Source of the DNA: Fidelibacterota bacterium
GTDB taxonomy: Bacteria > Fidelibacterota > Marinisomatia > Marinisomatales > Marinisomataceae
Direction of reading: 5' to 3'
DNA: 54,458 bases
NCBI GenBank assembly: GCA_029253045.1
Contig: JAQXAG010000093.1
Span: 1-54,458 of the forward strand
The position numbers and the translations under genes were made by a program. The notes below the pieces were generated by a model, which was not told the origin of the DNA, ran no database searches, and was given only the letters and a program-made list of their open reading frames with translations. Position 1 is the first letter of the stretch. The number at the start of each line of letters is the position of its first letter. Shown here piece after piece: positions 17,298 through 26,947 of the stretch.

Positions 17298-18034
17298 GAT
17301 TTATTTTTTAACTGCTTTATAATTTCTTTATACATCAACTCTTCTCTTTTATAAGGCCTAGGTAAATCAATGGCTTTTTTAAATAGTTGTGTTGCTTCAT
17401 CTTTTTTATCCATCTTCTCATATGTCTTTCCCAGCCAATAGTATGTACCAATATAATTGGGTTCTAACTCTAAGCTTTTCTTAAGAAAATATTCTGCCAT
17501 CTCAAAAGAACCTTGTGGAGGTTCTTCAAATATAATTTTAGCTAATCTCCTTGAAAATGAACTGATATCAGCAAGGCGGTAATGCCATTGGCCCATTATA
17601 TTGTAACAAAAAGGATCATTGGGAAGCTTCTGAATTGCTTGCAAACAATGAAATTCAATAATCTTTGAGCTTTCAATCTGCTTTCTAATACTTTGATTCT
17701 CAACACTCTTTCCAAATGACACGGCATACCACTTATGAACCTCTGCATTAGTGGAGTCAATTGACATGGCCTCAGTTATGTACTTTAAAGCCTTGTCTGT
17801 ATTCAATTTTTCTATTTTTTTGTCATTAGTTTGTTCTGATAAAAAGTGATGTGCCGCTGATAATCGTGATAGTACATCTATATTTTTTGGGAAAGTATTA
17901 TTGAATTCTTGAAGAGGAATAATAGTTTTTTGAAATGCTAAGTTATCTAAATCAATATCAATTTTACTGAAATCTTGGCCTGTCAAGAAGCTGATGATAA
18001 ATAAAACGACTACTAATCTTAAATTTTTAATCAA
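17294..18034 (-). CDS. Secreted TPR-like protein resembling the RMD (regulator of microtubule dynamics, RMDN/FAM82) family
   Basis: 246 aa. The signal peptide ends ...FLTG|QDF. The pattern AEVHKWYAVSFG...MGQWHYRLADISSFSRRLAKIIFEEPPQGSFEMAEYFLKK...LGKTYEKM matches my recollection of the RMD-family helical repeat core. Confidence 0.55.
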   Translation of the reverse strand: MIKNLRLVVVLFIISFLTGQDFSKIDIDLDNLAFQKTIIPLQEFNNTFPKNIDVLSRLSAAHHFLSEQTNDKKIEKLNTDKALKYITEAMSIDSTNAEVHKWYAVSFGKSVENQSIRKQIESSKIIEFHCLQAIQKLPNDPFCYNIMGQWHYRLADISSFSRRLAKIIFEEPPQGSFEMAEYFLKKSLELEPNYIGTYYWLGKTYEKMDKKDEATQLFKKAIDLPRPYKREELMYKEIIKQLKNKS

Positions 18035-18042
18035 AATATTTA

Positions 18043-19071
18043 TTAAGGATAAAATCGCATAAATACTGGCTGGTGATCAGATATTCTGTTAGCAACAGTT
18101 GTAGCAGCAGTATTGGTTTCTGTTGGCAAAGCAATCACGCCAGTTGTTGTTGTACTACCATATTGAAACAGAGGTTGATTAATTATTATATGATCAAAAT
18201 GTGCCGCTGAATATGAACTAGTCCATCCTTGCCATGAATATCCACTACTTGGTCCTGTAAGAATATCTTCGTCTACCATCAGAAAATTTGTTGAAGAAGC
18301 AATGTTGGGATCAGTAAAAGGACTAATTGTTGGATTATCCACTGATTGAGAGCCTGTATTGTTAAAATCACCTACAATAATAACATTATCTGATGCTCGA
18401 TTATTAATTACATAATCTGTTAATAATAAGCTGGCATGATGTCTTCTATTAGTCTCGTCCGAAGGATCATTATTGTCATATGTATCATCTCCACAACATT
18501 TGTAATGAACATCCATTACATATAAATCCATTGTTTTAGTTCCGTCTGTCCATGTAATATAATTTTCCATTGGTGGGCGACTAGCAAATTGATATTGAGC
18601 ATTATTTTCATAGTCTGAGTCCCCATCATTACTATTTGAAGTATCTGCCCATAGCTCATTTTTAGAATTGAAAGTAACAGTACTGTTTTTGTAGACTAAT
18701 GCAAATCCCAAATTTCCAGATTCTTCATCTACTACATAAGAATAGTCGTTCATTGAGTTCACCATACTGATTAACTCAGATTCACTTGAAATCTCTTGGA
18801 ATAAATAGATATCAGCATTCCATGCCTCTAAAAGACTTTTAACATAACTCTTTGTCGTGCTATGCTGTGGGAACTGTCTAATATTCCATGTAACAATCTC
18901 TATTTGACTCAATTGATCTAAATTCGTTGCATTTGGAAAAGTATAAAGATCTCCATCCCCAGGATCTGTTCCGTCGCTAGGGTCTGTAGGAGAAGAGCCG
19001 CCACCGCCTCCACCACAAGCAATAATTGCTAGAACTAGAATGATAAATAGTTTATTTGTGAACTGAACCAT
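18043..19071 (-). CDS. Endonuclease/exonuclease/phosphatase (EEP) family lipoprotein
   Basis: 342 aa. Lipobox LAIIAC followed by a GGGGGGSSPTDPSDGTDPGDG linker. EEP motifs are present (VTWNIRQF, IYLFQE, GDFN, C-terminal SDHQPVF). Confidence 0.85.
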   Translation of the reverse strand: MVQFTNKLFIILVLAIIACGGGGGGSSPTDPSDGTDPGDGDLYTFPNATNLDQLSQIEIVTWNIRQFPQHSTTKSYVKSLLEAWNADIYLFQEISSESELISMVNSMNDYSYVVDEESGNLGFALVYKNSTVTFNSKNELWADTSNSNDGDSDYENNAQYQFASRPPMENYITWTDGTKTMDLYVMDVHYKCCGDDTYDNNDPSDETNRRHHASLLLTDYVINNRASDNVIIVGDFNNTGSQSVDNPTISPFTDPNIASSTNFLMVDEDILTGPSSGYSWQGWTSSYSAAHFDHIIINQPLFQYGSTTTTGVIALPTETNTAATTVANRISDHQPVFMRFYP

Positions 19072-19981
19072 AAATATAATTTACTAATAAATTACCAACT
19101 TGTCCTAAGCTTTGTGGTGAACAATTTTCTGGTGTATCATTTTGAGTGTGCCAATGATTATAAAACATATTTGGATATTGAAAGTCAATAATGTCAATAG
19201 CTGGAATTTCTGCTATCTCCCATAATGGTACATGATCATCATAAATTTCTTGTGCAATTTTTTTCTTGAAAGCTGGTAACGATAATTCTTCTGCTAAATT
19301 CCAAATCTCTTTCACTTTTTTGGGAGCTATGTTGTATGAAATTCTTTCAATGGGTATTGTTAAATTTTTATCTCCAACCATATCTACTATGATTGCAAAA
19401 TTTGGTTTTGCAATAGGCAAGTTTTCAGCAAAATATTTTGATCCCAATGCAAATGTTTCTGGTTGACCGGAAAAGCCTCCATCTTCAGCATCAAAAAAAA
19501 CAATATCAATACCGATCTCTGGATTTTTTTCTGAAATTATCGTTGATAATTCCATCAAAACTGATGTTCCGCTTGCTCCATCATTAGCTCCAAGAACTGG
19601 TAGACTTTGATTATCTACTACCTCATCTTGATCAGATAAAGATCTGGTATCCCAGTGCGCTCCAAGCAATAAACGATATTCAGCATCTTCGTTAAACTGA
19701 ATAATAAGATTTTTACCATTTCTTTCCATACTGGTTATGGGTTCTGTATAAATAAATTCTTGAATAATTACGTTTCCATCTAACTGATTAAGAAAGCCTT
19801 CTAAATAATTACTAAACTCTAAATGGCCAGATGAACCTGGATTTCTTGGACCAAATTCACATTGCTTGACTAGATATGTAAATGCTTTGCTCGAGTTAAA
19901 ATTAGGTATATCTACAGACTTCTGCGATTGAGTGCTACAACCAAAAAATACAAGTAAAATTAAGGCTAATATTCTTTTCAT
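19052..19981 (-). CDS. M28-fold lipoprotein, animal-type glutaminyl-peptide cyclotransferase-like
   Basis: Start taken at MKRILAL with lipobox VFFGC. Motifs are GAHWDTR, GANDGASGTSVLMEL, FFDAEDGG and DDHVPLW...IDIIDF...WHTQNDTPEN. These closely follow the QC pattern as remembered (FFDGEE, DDHIPF...WHT..D..EN). The start lies 1 nt after the sprA stop. Confidence 0.75.
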   Translation of the reverse strand: MKRILALILLVFFGCSTQSQKSVDIPNFNSSKAFTYLVKQCEFGPRNPGSSGHLEFSNYLEGFLNQLDGNVIIQEFIYTEPITSMERNGKNLIIQFNEDAEYRLLLGAHWDTRSLSDQDEVVDNQSLPVLGANDGASGTSVLMELSTIISEKNPEIGIDIVFFDAEDGGFSGQPETFALGSKYFAENLPIAKPNFAIIVDMVGDKNLTIPIERISYNIAPKKVKEIWNLAEELSLPAFKKKIAQEIYDDHVPLWEIAEIPAIDIIDFQYPNMFYNHWHTQNDTPENCSPQSLGQVGNLLVNYIYGSVHK

Positions 19982-19982
19982 T

Positions 19983-22900
19983 TTATCCCCTAATTGCCAC
20001 ATTTAGATTTATTCCAAAGTCGCGATCAATTCTACGACCAGTTAATCTAGTATCATTTTCACGATATTCATAAAACAAGCTTCCTGTAACATCATCTGTT
20101 AAAGTATAAGTTACGCGCAAAACACTCTTTCTTGAATTTGTAAAATTTTGTTCAGCAAAATTAATCTTATCTTTTGATCCTTCTTCTTTTTTCTGACTGA
20201 CATCAAAGTTTAATGTGATATTCATATTATTTTTTAGGTATACATTTCGTTCTGTAAATGGCAAGGAAAATCTAATTCCTTTTGAGAAATTATAGGTAAT
20301 ACTAGCTAGAATACTATTATCAGATACATAAGTTAAGCCATTCGCAACCTCATCTAAAGTATGAGTAATATTTGTTCTAATATTTGTTGATATTCCATTT
20401 TTGAAAGAGGTGGTGATTCCTAATAAGGGAGTAAAGCTACGAGATATACGTGAGAACTGTCTATTATTATCATTATCATTTGCAAATGATGATATACTGA
20501 ATAAATCAATTGCACCAATACTGTCGTCATTGAACTTCCAAGATAAGTTCTCTTTTCCACTAAATGCATGCTCTAAAGACAATGATTGTACATAAGGAGA
20601 AACAAATTTTATTTTTTCAAGTCCTCCAATACGTAAAGACCAATTAGAAAAAGGTATACCATTTGATAAGTGTTTACCATAAGCTAAATAATCTCTATTT
20701 GTAGATCGGGTATCAATATTATATCCATTAATATTAGATGAAATACTTTCTGAAAATGATATATTTAACGAGCTACTTGGGTTAAAGCGAATACCCGTTC
20801 TGATTGATAAAGATTTTTTAATATCTTCTGCACCTGTATTTAAACCTACTTCTGGTGCATTTTCTAATCCATGACTGTCCCTTAGTCCAAATCGATAGCT
20901 TAGTGGTACATCGCCACTAATACCGTTTGCGGTTCTATTGGTGGTAGTATTAATCGCAATACTTAGAGGTTCAACTTTTTTAGACATCTGATAAATTCTC
21001 TCTAAAACAAAATTGTTCTCAAGCTTCTTTTTTTCTTTTTTCTTAGTCGAACCATCTTTTGAAAGATCAGCACTATCTTTACCTTTGTCAGATGCATCAT
21101 TTTCACCTCTTGAAAGACCAGAAGTAGATCTGGATCTAGTTGTTGGAGTTATTGCTTTTCTTTTTGATGCGGGAGTGTAAAATGTTTCAATAATTTCCGT
21201 ACCAGATAAAGAGAAATTTATAGCTGTATTCTTTACTGCTGATATATTTGCTCCATCAATCACGCTAGACAAAGGTTTATTCCACGAATAGTTTGTGTTA
21301 TATGCAAAATTTGGTTTAATCCAACTTATCCATTGTGGAGTAAATGTTGACCCTAAAGATTCAGTACTACTCGTAACTCTACCTATTTTTAAATTATCTA
21401 ATACTTTATCTCTATACTCTGACATGTCACTTTTAATATTTTTGTTGTAATTAAATTGGGTGTTATCAAAAATTTTATAATTAATACTGAACTTTCTATC
21501 TAAACCTAAATTAAAATCATCTATCAAGTCTGTGCTAGATCTTGATTCCTTTTCAGTCAAACTACGATTAACTCTAAATCCAGTAGCAAGAGATGTTGGA
21601 GTATAGAAAAACTTTGTATCGCTAACCTTTTCTCCTATAAATGGTACTTTAGCCATCCATCTAAATGCTTCAACATAGTTATCACTAGGGAATCTTAAAT
21701 TATAATCTAGATTGGTAGTTAGTCGTTGCGTATCAACAGATTTCATAATCTCATTAGATTTGTTTTGATTCGATGCATTAAATGATGCGCTAAGATTATC
21801 TATAGTATATTTGACAAAAGGATTTTCTGATTTAATTTGCTTAGAAATCTTACCATTGAAACTTACAGTAGATGACTTTACAATTATGGAATCTGGAGTC
21901 GCACCATTTGTTCTAATATCAGTACCTGGGAAAAATTTAGGAGCATTATTTTGCATATTATATGTCATATTTAAAGGGAACGAAATTCCAAATTTTTGAG
22001 GGAATAAACTTCCTAACTGCATATTATTTGTAAATATTAAGTTTTCAGCAGTAGTATTTGTTCCAATCCTTTCTTGAAGAATGTGGAAATCTGCATCTTG
22101 TTTACTGTATGATATAGAGCTTTTATTGAAGTCTGACAAATTAAATTCAGATTTTAGTCTTACTGCAGTTCCTTGCTCTTTTTTAACTCCACTTAATCGA
22201 AGTTCGTCTAACCAAATTTCACCAGAAATTGGATGGTCTGTATTATTCTCTACTCCAACTACAAAATACTGTAATCTAGATAAAGAAGGATTTCCTACAA
22301 TCTCTACTTTTTTATATTCCTCATTATTTTCATCTATGAATTCATATCTTTTATAATCAAGAGAATCAGTAAATGTATCATTACCATTAATTTTTTCAAT
22401 TGAATCTTCATCTAAATTTTTCAAACCTGTAAGCCAATTTAGATCTAAATCTATTGCGTTTCTTTCCTGATCTTCATCCCAACTATCGTATACTGGTTTG
22501 GTCAATTTATAATATTCATCTCCAGTACCAAACTGTATGAAAAATCTTAGGTCAGTATTATTTTCAGATACATTAGGACTATCTCCATAAACAAACATCT
22601 TCATCTGATCATACATTAAAAAACTCTGTCCTTGCTGAGAGGTCATAGACGATAAAATTTTCTTTGCAGCGCCTTTAACATTTGGATCTAAATTTTCAAA
22701 CTTTAAGACTAAAGATTGTTCTTTAGATCGTATTTTATTTATTTGATCATATTCTCCAAAAACGCCTTTAGGTGGTATATAATCCGGATTATCTTCATCA
22801 TTTACTACTGTAACTAAAAATGTACTATCTTGAACAGTATATTCTTCTTGATCAACAAATGATGTCCCCATTTCTTCCCATGCATTTCCTACTAACTCCA

Positions 22901-25900
22901 TTTTAGCAATTTCTAGAGTCGATGGCTGATCAATACCAGAGACCACAAGTCTAACATACTTAATTTCACTTAATGTAATATCTTCGACCTGATCAAAATG
23001 GCTTAAAGGTATTCTAATTAACTTCCAACCCGTTTCTATTCCATCTACAACAGTAGATCCTGCTACATAAGTACTGTCATTTAAAGAAATAGTTTTAGTA
23101 AAATAGTCATTAGCTCGGTCTAAGAAACCTGATTGATCTAAATCTTCGCTATCAGGATATTTACCGCCAGCTTGAATTTTATCGCCAGTACCATTTCCTT
23201 CTGTACCATTAACTTTTGTATAATCTGAACTTCCTTCAGTATAATCCCAATTATCACCATTGGGGTCATTAGCATCTACATCCGAAGACGCATTTATAAT
23301 AGTTGTTTCTCCGCTGGATAAGTAATCTTGATAGCTTAGTCCATTTTCTGTATTCAAACACTCGCCCCAACCATCTTCAAAATTATCAAAACATCCATCT
23401 AAGCCAGTGTCTTCATTATCTTCCAAAAATCCATTACCAAGTGCCAAACCGGCGTCAGGAACGTCCTCGTTATTAAGAGAACCATCTCCATTATAGTCTT
23501 CACTAATTTTACCTAAATCTATTGTTAAATTTCCTTCTTCTCCTCGTAGCCAAATCTCAAAAAATCTACTTCTTGTTTGGTCATAATCTCCTATAAACAT
23601 TGGTGTTACAACACCAGCCCATACTGAATCAGGATCAACACTTTCTTGATATTCTTTTGGCTCATAATCTAGCACCAAGATATCAGTCGTAAGGTTCTGA
23701 GCTCTTTGAGAGGTAGATATATTAGGCCAAATATTATTAGTTAATACCTGCGAATAAGGATTATACCAGTGCATCCTGGCTCTATTTCTCTGATTGAATG
23801 GCTCGCTAGTTTCAAGGTTCAATGGTGCAGAGGAAATATTCCAAAATCTTCTTAATACTGAAGGACTAGTTACTCTTTTTGATCCTTCAAAATCATCAAT
23901 ATATGCTACTCCACCACTATCTCCGGTGGCAGCATTTGATATAGAATTTGGATTAGGAAGTACTTGTGCAATTTCTCCTTCAAAAGTAAATCGAGATAAT
24001 TTTTCAGCATTAAACATGTCCAACTTATTAATTGAAGCAGATAGATTATCTAAGTCCTTTTCGTAGCGACCATTGATATCCCAAATAAAGTTTTGGATAG
24101 GTTCAAAACCTACTTCTACCTTTTTATTAACTATATCTTGTTTATAATAAAGAGCTGTCAAACCTAAAAAAGAGTTTTCATCAAAATCTATTTGAGCTCT
24201 AGAACCAACCATAATCTTTCTATCAAAAGTTACAAGATCATGCTTATCATAGACTATTTCTAGGTCCGCATTGGGATCAATATTACCTGTTAACATAATC
24301 ATTCCTGAAAAATAATCAATCTGATAATCTTGACCTCTTTCAAGCTTCTCTCCATTCGAATAAATTTCTTCACTTCCCTCAACTAATGTAAATCCTAAAT
24401 TGATAGTAGATTTTGGATTAGTATAATCTGCAGCAATAGTAAATCGAGAATCTCCTGTATACTCCGTTCGGTTAGTACTTGTATACATTTTCCCTTGCTG
24501 CAACAACGGGTCTAGAGTACCGTTATCATTTCCACCATCTAAGTTATTACTTGATACGAAAGGCAATAATGCAGGTAGATGAACTTCTCCGGTTTTAAGA
24601 TTTACAATATTAGGATTATTGAAATCAATAACTTCATCTGGAGAAGGTGCTCCAGCTTGATTAAGATCATCCAATCCAAATAAATTTAAAAAGGTTGATC
24701 CAGAGCTGGTTCTATCGCTAACTGGTGTAGAAAAATTATCTTGAATACTAACTTGTAAACTGGTTTGATCAATATTAGTAGCTCCAAGAGAATACACATT
24801 TTTAAACATTAAGTCCCATGTTGGATGATTTGGATGTGATGACTGTGCTTTTAACATCTTCAATACTAATGTTTCACTTCCATCGTCTATAATATTAGCA
24901 CCAACCTTAAGAATAATTTCTCCAGTTGTTCTATCTGCTAACTCAAAATGTGCTCCTATAATTTCATTCTGCAGAGTATTTTGCATTCTTATGAAACCTA
25001 AATCCTCATTAATCGCATAGTCAGAGCCTCGTTCTAATTTGATAAATGCACCCTCTTTACTACTATCATTATAATAAGTGATATCGTTAGGATCGATGTA
25101 TGCTGTACCAGCATCTGCTTGCGGATTATTAGATGCATCAATTTTATATAACTCAAAATTTTTAATTATCACATTACCGATATTGTGTAGTCCATTATTT
25201 AATGGATAATAAGAGGGTATGCTGAGTTGAAAACCATTATCTGTAATAATATCAGTTGATCCATTTCTAAACCATTCATGAATGAAGAAGTATAGATTCT
25301 TTCTGTAATCATAATCCTGTATTTGATTAGTTTTTACTTCGGAAGTACCTTTGTATTTTTCGGACTGTTTTTTAGTCCTTTCTAATGATGCTATGCTAGT
25401 AATATTTAATGGCCCTAATTGTGTAAGTGCCTTAATTCCAAATAAGCCTTTATTTTGGCCTGAAAAGGTTACAAACTCAGTAGAAGGCAATGTTAGGGCA
25501 ATATTACCTATCTCAAGTTTTTGTAAGATGTCATCTTCATCTCCATCGTAATCAACACGAATGGTGTTTTCCCAATCAAAATCTCTTTCTGAGTTTTGAT
25601 CTAAGGACACAGTAATTTTTTCGCCTACCTTTCCTTGAACATTCAATTGCTGCTTTTGGTCAAATTTGAAGTTTGTTTTTTCTTGCTCTTTATAAGAAGA
25701 TCTAACAAGCTCCTGGTCTTGATTAACTAATTTACCAGATAGATTAATATTACCTTGGACTCTAAGTGAAGCCCTACCCAGTGCACCTAAATCAAAATCA
25801 GCAACTTCAAGATATCTACCTTTATTACTTGCAATAGTTGTATCTGAAGCTGATAAACTAAAAGGTTCACTAAAATTATATTTTTGATTATTGATATATA

Positions 25901-26192
25901 AATCTTTTAAGTAGCTGTCTAAAGAAGCGACATAGGGAATTAAACTTTGATGGTCTAAAGCAGACTCGCTAATTGATATTGTATTAGAATCATTATTTAG
26001 CTGAACATTATATTTATTTAAAGATTGTGTATTTTTAAAAATTCCAATGGGATAATTAGAAAAGTCATTCAAGCAAAAGTTTGCTGATTGTTTTTTATAA
26101 AAAGGATTGGTAACAATATTATCAGTTATAGGATTATTAAATGCTAGAAGTGAAGATAAAAATAAGATGATGGTGAAATAAGCTCTATGCAT
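19983..26192 (-). CDS. sprA: SprA, type IX secretion system translocon (giant outer-membrane beta-barrel)
   Basis: 2069 aa with a signal peptide. It is beta-rich with Asn/Ser/Thr/Tyr-rich composition throughout. Size and sequence style match the cell-surface protein SprA family. The start overlaps the rdgB stop by 8 nt. Confidence 0.85.
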   Translation of the reverse strand: MHRAYFTIILFLSSLLAFNNPITDNIVTNPFYKKQSANFCLNDFSNYPIGIFKNTQSLNKYNVQLNNDSNTISISESALDHQSLIPYVASLDSYLKDLYINNQKYNFSEPFSLSASDTTIASNKGRYLEVADFDLGALGRASLRVQGNINLSGKLVNQDQELVRSSYKEQEKTNFKFDQKQQLNVQGKVGEKITVSLDQNSERDFDWENTIRVDYDGDEDDILQKLEIGNIALTLPSTEFVTFSGQNKGLFGIKALTQLGPLNITSIASLERTKKQSEKYKGTSEVKTNQIQDYDYRKNLYFFIHEWFRNGSTDIITDNGFQLSIPSYYPLNNGLHNIGNVIIKNFELYKIDASNNPQADAGTAYIDPNDITYYNDSSKEGAFIKLERGSDYAINEDLGFIRMQNTLQNEIIGAHFELADRTTGEIILKVGANIIDDGSETLVLKMLKAQSSHPNHPTWDLMFKNVYSLGATNIDQTSLQVSIQDNFSTPVSDRTSSGSTFLNLFGLDDLNQAGAPSPDEVIDFNNPNIVNLKTGEVHLPALLPFVSSNNLDGGNDNGTLDPLLQQGKMYTSTNRTEYTGDSRFTIAADYTNPKSTINLGFTLVEGSEEIYSNGEKLERGQDYQIDYFSGMIMLTGNIDPNADLEIVYDKHDLVTFDRKIMVGSRAQIDFDENSFLGLTALYYKQDIVNKKVEVGFEPIQNFIWDINGRYEKDLDNLSASINKLDMFNAEKLSRFTFEGEIAQVLPNPNSISNAATGDSGGVAYIDDFEGSKRVTSPSVLRRFWNISSAPLNLETSEPFNQRNRARMHWYNPYSQVLTNNIWPNISTSQRAQNLTTDILVLDYEPKEYQESVDPDSVWAGVVTPMFIGDYDQTRSRFFEIWLRGEEGNLTIDLGKISEDYNGDGSLNNEDVPDAGLALGNGFLEDNEDTGLDGCFDNFEDGWGECLNTENGLSYQDYLSSGETTIINASSDVDANDPNGDNWDYTEGSSDYTKVNGTEGNGTGDKIQAGGKYPDSEDLDQSGFLDRANDYFTKTISLNDSTYVAGSTVVDGIETGWKLIRIPLSHFDQVEDITLSEIKYVRLVVSGIDQPSTLEIAKMELVGNAWEEMGTSFVDQEEYTVQDSTFLVTVVNDEDNPDYIPPKGVFGEYDQINKIRSKEQSLVLKFENLDPNVKGAAKKILSSMTSQQGQSFLMYDQMKMFVYGDSPNVSENNTDLRFFIQFGTGDEYYKLTKPVYDSWDEDQERNAIDLDLNWLTGLKNLDEDSIEKINGNDTFTDSLDYKRYEFIDENNEEYKKVEIVGNPSLSRLQYFVVGVENNTDHPISGEIWLDELRLSGVKKEQGTAVRLKSEFNLSDFNKSSISYSKQDADFHILQERIGTNTTAENLIFTNNMQLGSLFPQKFGISFPLNMTYNMQNNAPKFFPGTDIRTNGATPDSIIVKSSTVSFNGKISKQIKSENPFVKYTIDNLSASFNASNQNKSNEIMKSVDTQRLTTNLDYNLRFPSDNYVEAFRWMAKVPFIGEKVSDTKFFYTPTSLATGFRVNRSLTEKESRSSTDLIDDFNLGLDRKFSINYKIFDNTQFNYNKNIKSDMSEYRDKVLDNLKIGRVTSSTESLGSTFTPQWISWIKPNFAYNTNYSWNKPLSSVIDGANISAVKNTAINFSLSGTEIIETFYTPASKRKAITPTTRSRSTSGLSRGENDASDKGKDSADLSKDGSTKKKEKKKLENNFVLERIYQMSKKVEPLSIAINTTTNRTANGISGDVPLSYRFGLRDSHGLENAPEVGLNTGAEDIKKSLSIRTGIRFNPSSSLNISFSESISSNINGYNIDTRSTNRDYLAYGKHLSNGIPFSNWSLRIGGLEKIKFVSPYVQSLSLEHAFSGKENLSWKFNDDSIGAIDLFSISSFANDNDNNRQFSRISRSFTPLLGITTSFKNGISTNIRTNITHTLDEVANGLTYVSDNSILASITYNFSKGIRFSLPFTERNVYLKNNMNITLNFDVSQKKEEGSKDKINFAEQNFTNSRKSVLRVTYTLTDDVTGSLFYEYRENDTRLTGRRIDRDFGINLNVAIRG

Positions 26193-26781
26193 ACATTAAT
26201 CTTTTAATTTTATCTGCAAATTTCTGGATTGCTATTGCTCGGTGGCTAATTTGATTTTTTTGTTCCAATCCCATATCTCCCAAAGACATACTTTGAGCTG
26301 ATGCATAAAAGATTGGGTCATAACCAAATCCCAGTTTACCTTGTTTTGACTCTAAAATTTTTCCTTCTAAACATCCTTCGACAAAAAAATCATTTTCTCC
26401 ATCAACGTAAGTGACGACAGTTTTAAATCTCGCCCTTCTTTCCTTCCAAGGAACACCTTTCAGATTTTTTAAAAGCTTATCCATATTTTCTTCGTATGTA
26501 GCGTTCTCTCCTGCATATCTTGCAGTATAAATTCCAGGATCTCCCATTAAATGATCAACTTCCAAGACAGTATCATCTGCCATGGATGGAAGTTTGGTGT
26601 GATTAAATGCTACCCTCGATTTAATAAACGAGTTTTCGACGATAGAAGTTCCATCTTCTTTTATATCGCCTATATCTGGAAAATCACTCAAAGAATATAT
26701 TTTATCGAAAAGAGGCTTAATTGTCGTGACGATTTCAGATATCTTATGCTTATTTGAAGAAGAAATAATAATATTTTTCAT
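26185..26781 (-). CDS. rdgB: Non-canonical purine NTP pyrophosphatase (RdgB/HAM1 family)
   Basis: 198 aa with SSNKHKISE, ADDTVLEVDHLMGDPGIYTARY, FGYDPIF and ISHRAIA. Confidence 0.9.
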   Translation of the reverse strand: MKNIIISSSNKHKISEIVTTIKPLFDKIYSLSDFPDIGDIKEDGTSIVENSFIKSRVAFNHTKLPSMADDTVLEVDHLMGDPGIYTARYAGENATYEENMDKLLKNLKGVPWKERRARFKTVVTYVDGENDFFVEGCLEGKILESKQGKLGFGYDPIFYASAQSMSLGDMGLEQKNQISHRAIAIQKFADKIKRLMYA

Positions 26782-26853
26782 TTCTAAAACTAATAAATAT
26801 TTATGTGTTTTTTAAATAACTTATAATGTGTAGTTTTTTAAACTTTTTTACAA

Positions 26854-26926
26854 GGCTCGATAGCTCAGTTGGTAGAGCAGAGGATTGAAAATCCTTGTGT
26901 CGGGGGTTCAATTCCCTCTCGAGCCA
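26854..26926 (+). tRNA. tRNA-Phe(GAA): tRNA-Phe (anticodon GAA), CCA not encoded
   Basis: The cloverleaf was read by hand. Acceptor stem GGCTCGA/TCGAGCC; D arm GCTC-AGTTGGTA-GAGC; anticodon stem GAGGA/TCCTT with loop TTGAAAA; T arm GGGGG-TTCAATT-CCCTC. Confidence 0.95.
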
Positions 26927-26947
26927 CTTTTCAAGGGGGGAAAATAA

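Noticed and set aside
20401-25551. Five plus-strand ORFs of 62-91 aa (20401-20595, 21811-21999, 22081-22356, 23794-24066, 25351-25551) lie antisense to sprA.
   Set aside because: They lie wholly inside a well-supported 2069-aa gene, have low-complexity or hydrophobic translations typical of antisense frames in AT-rich DNA, and show no recognisable motifs.
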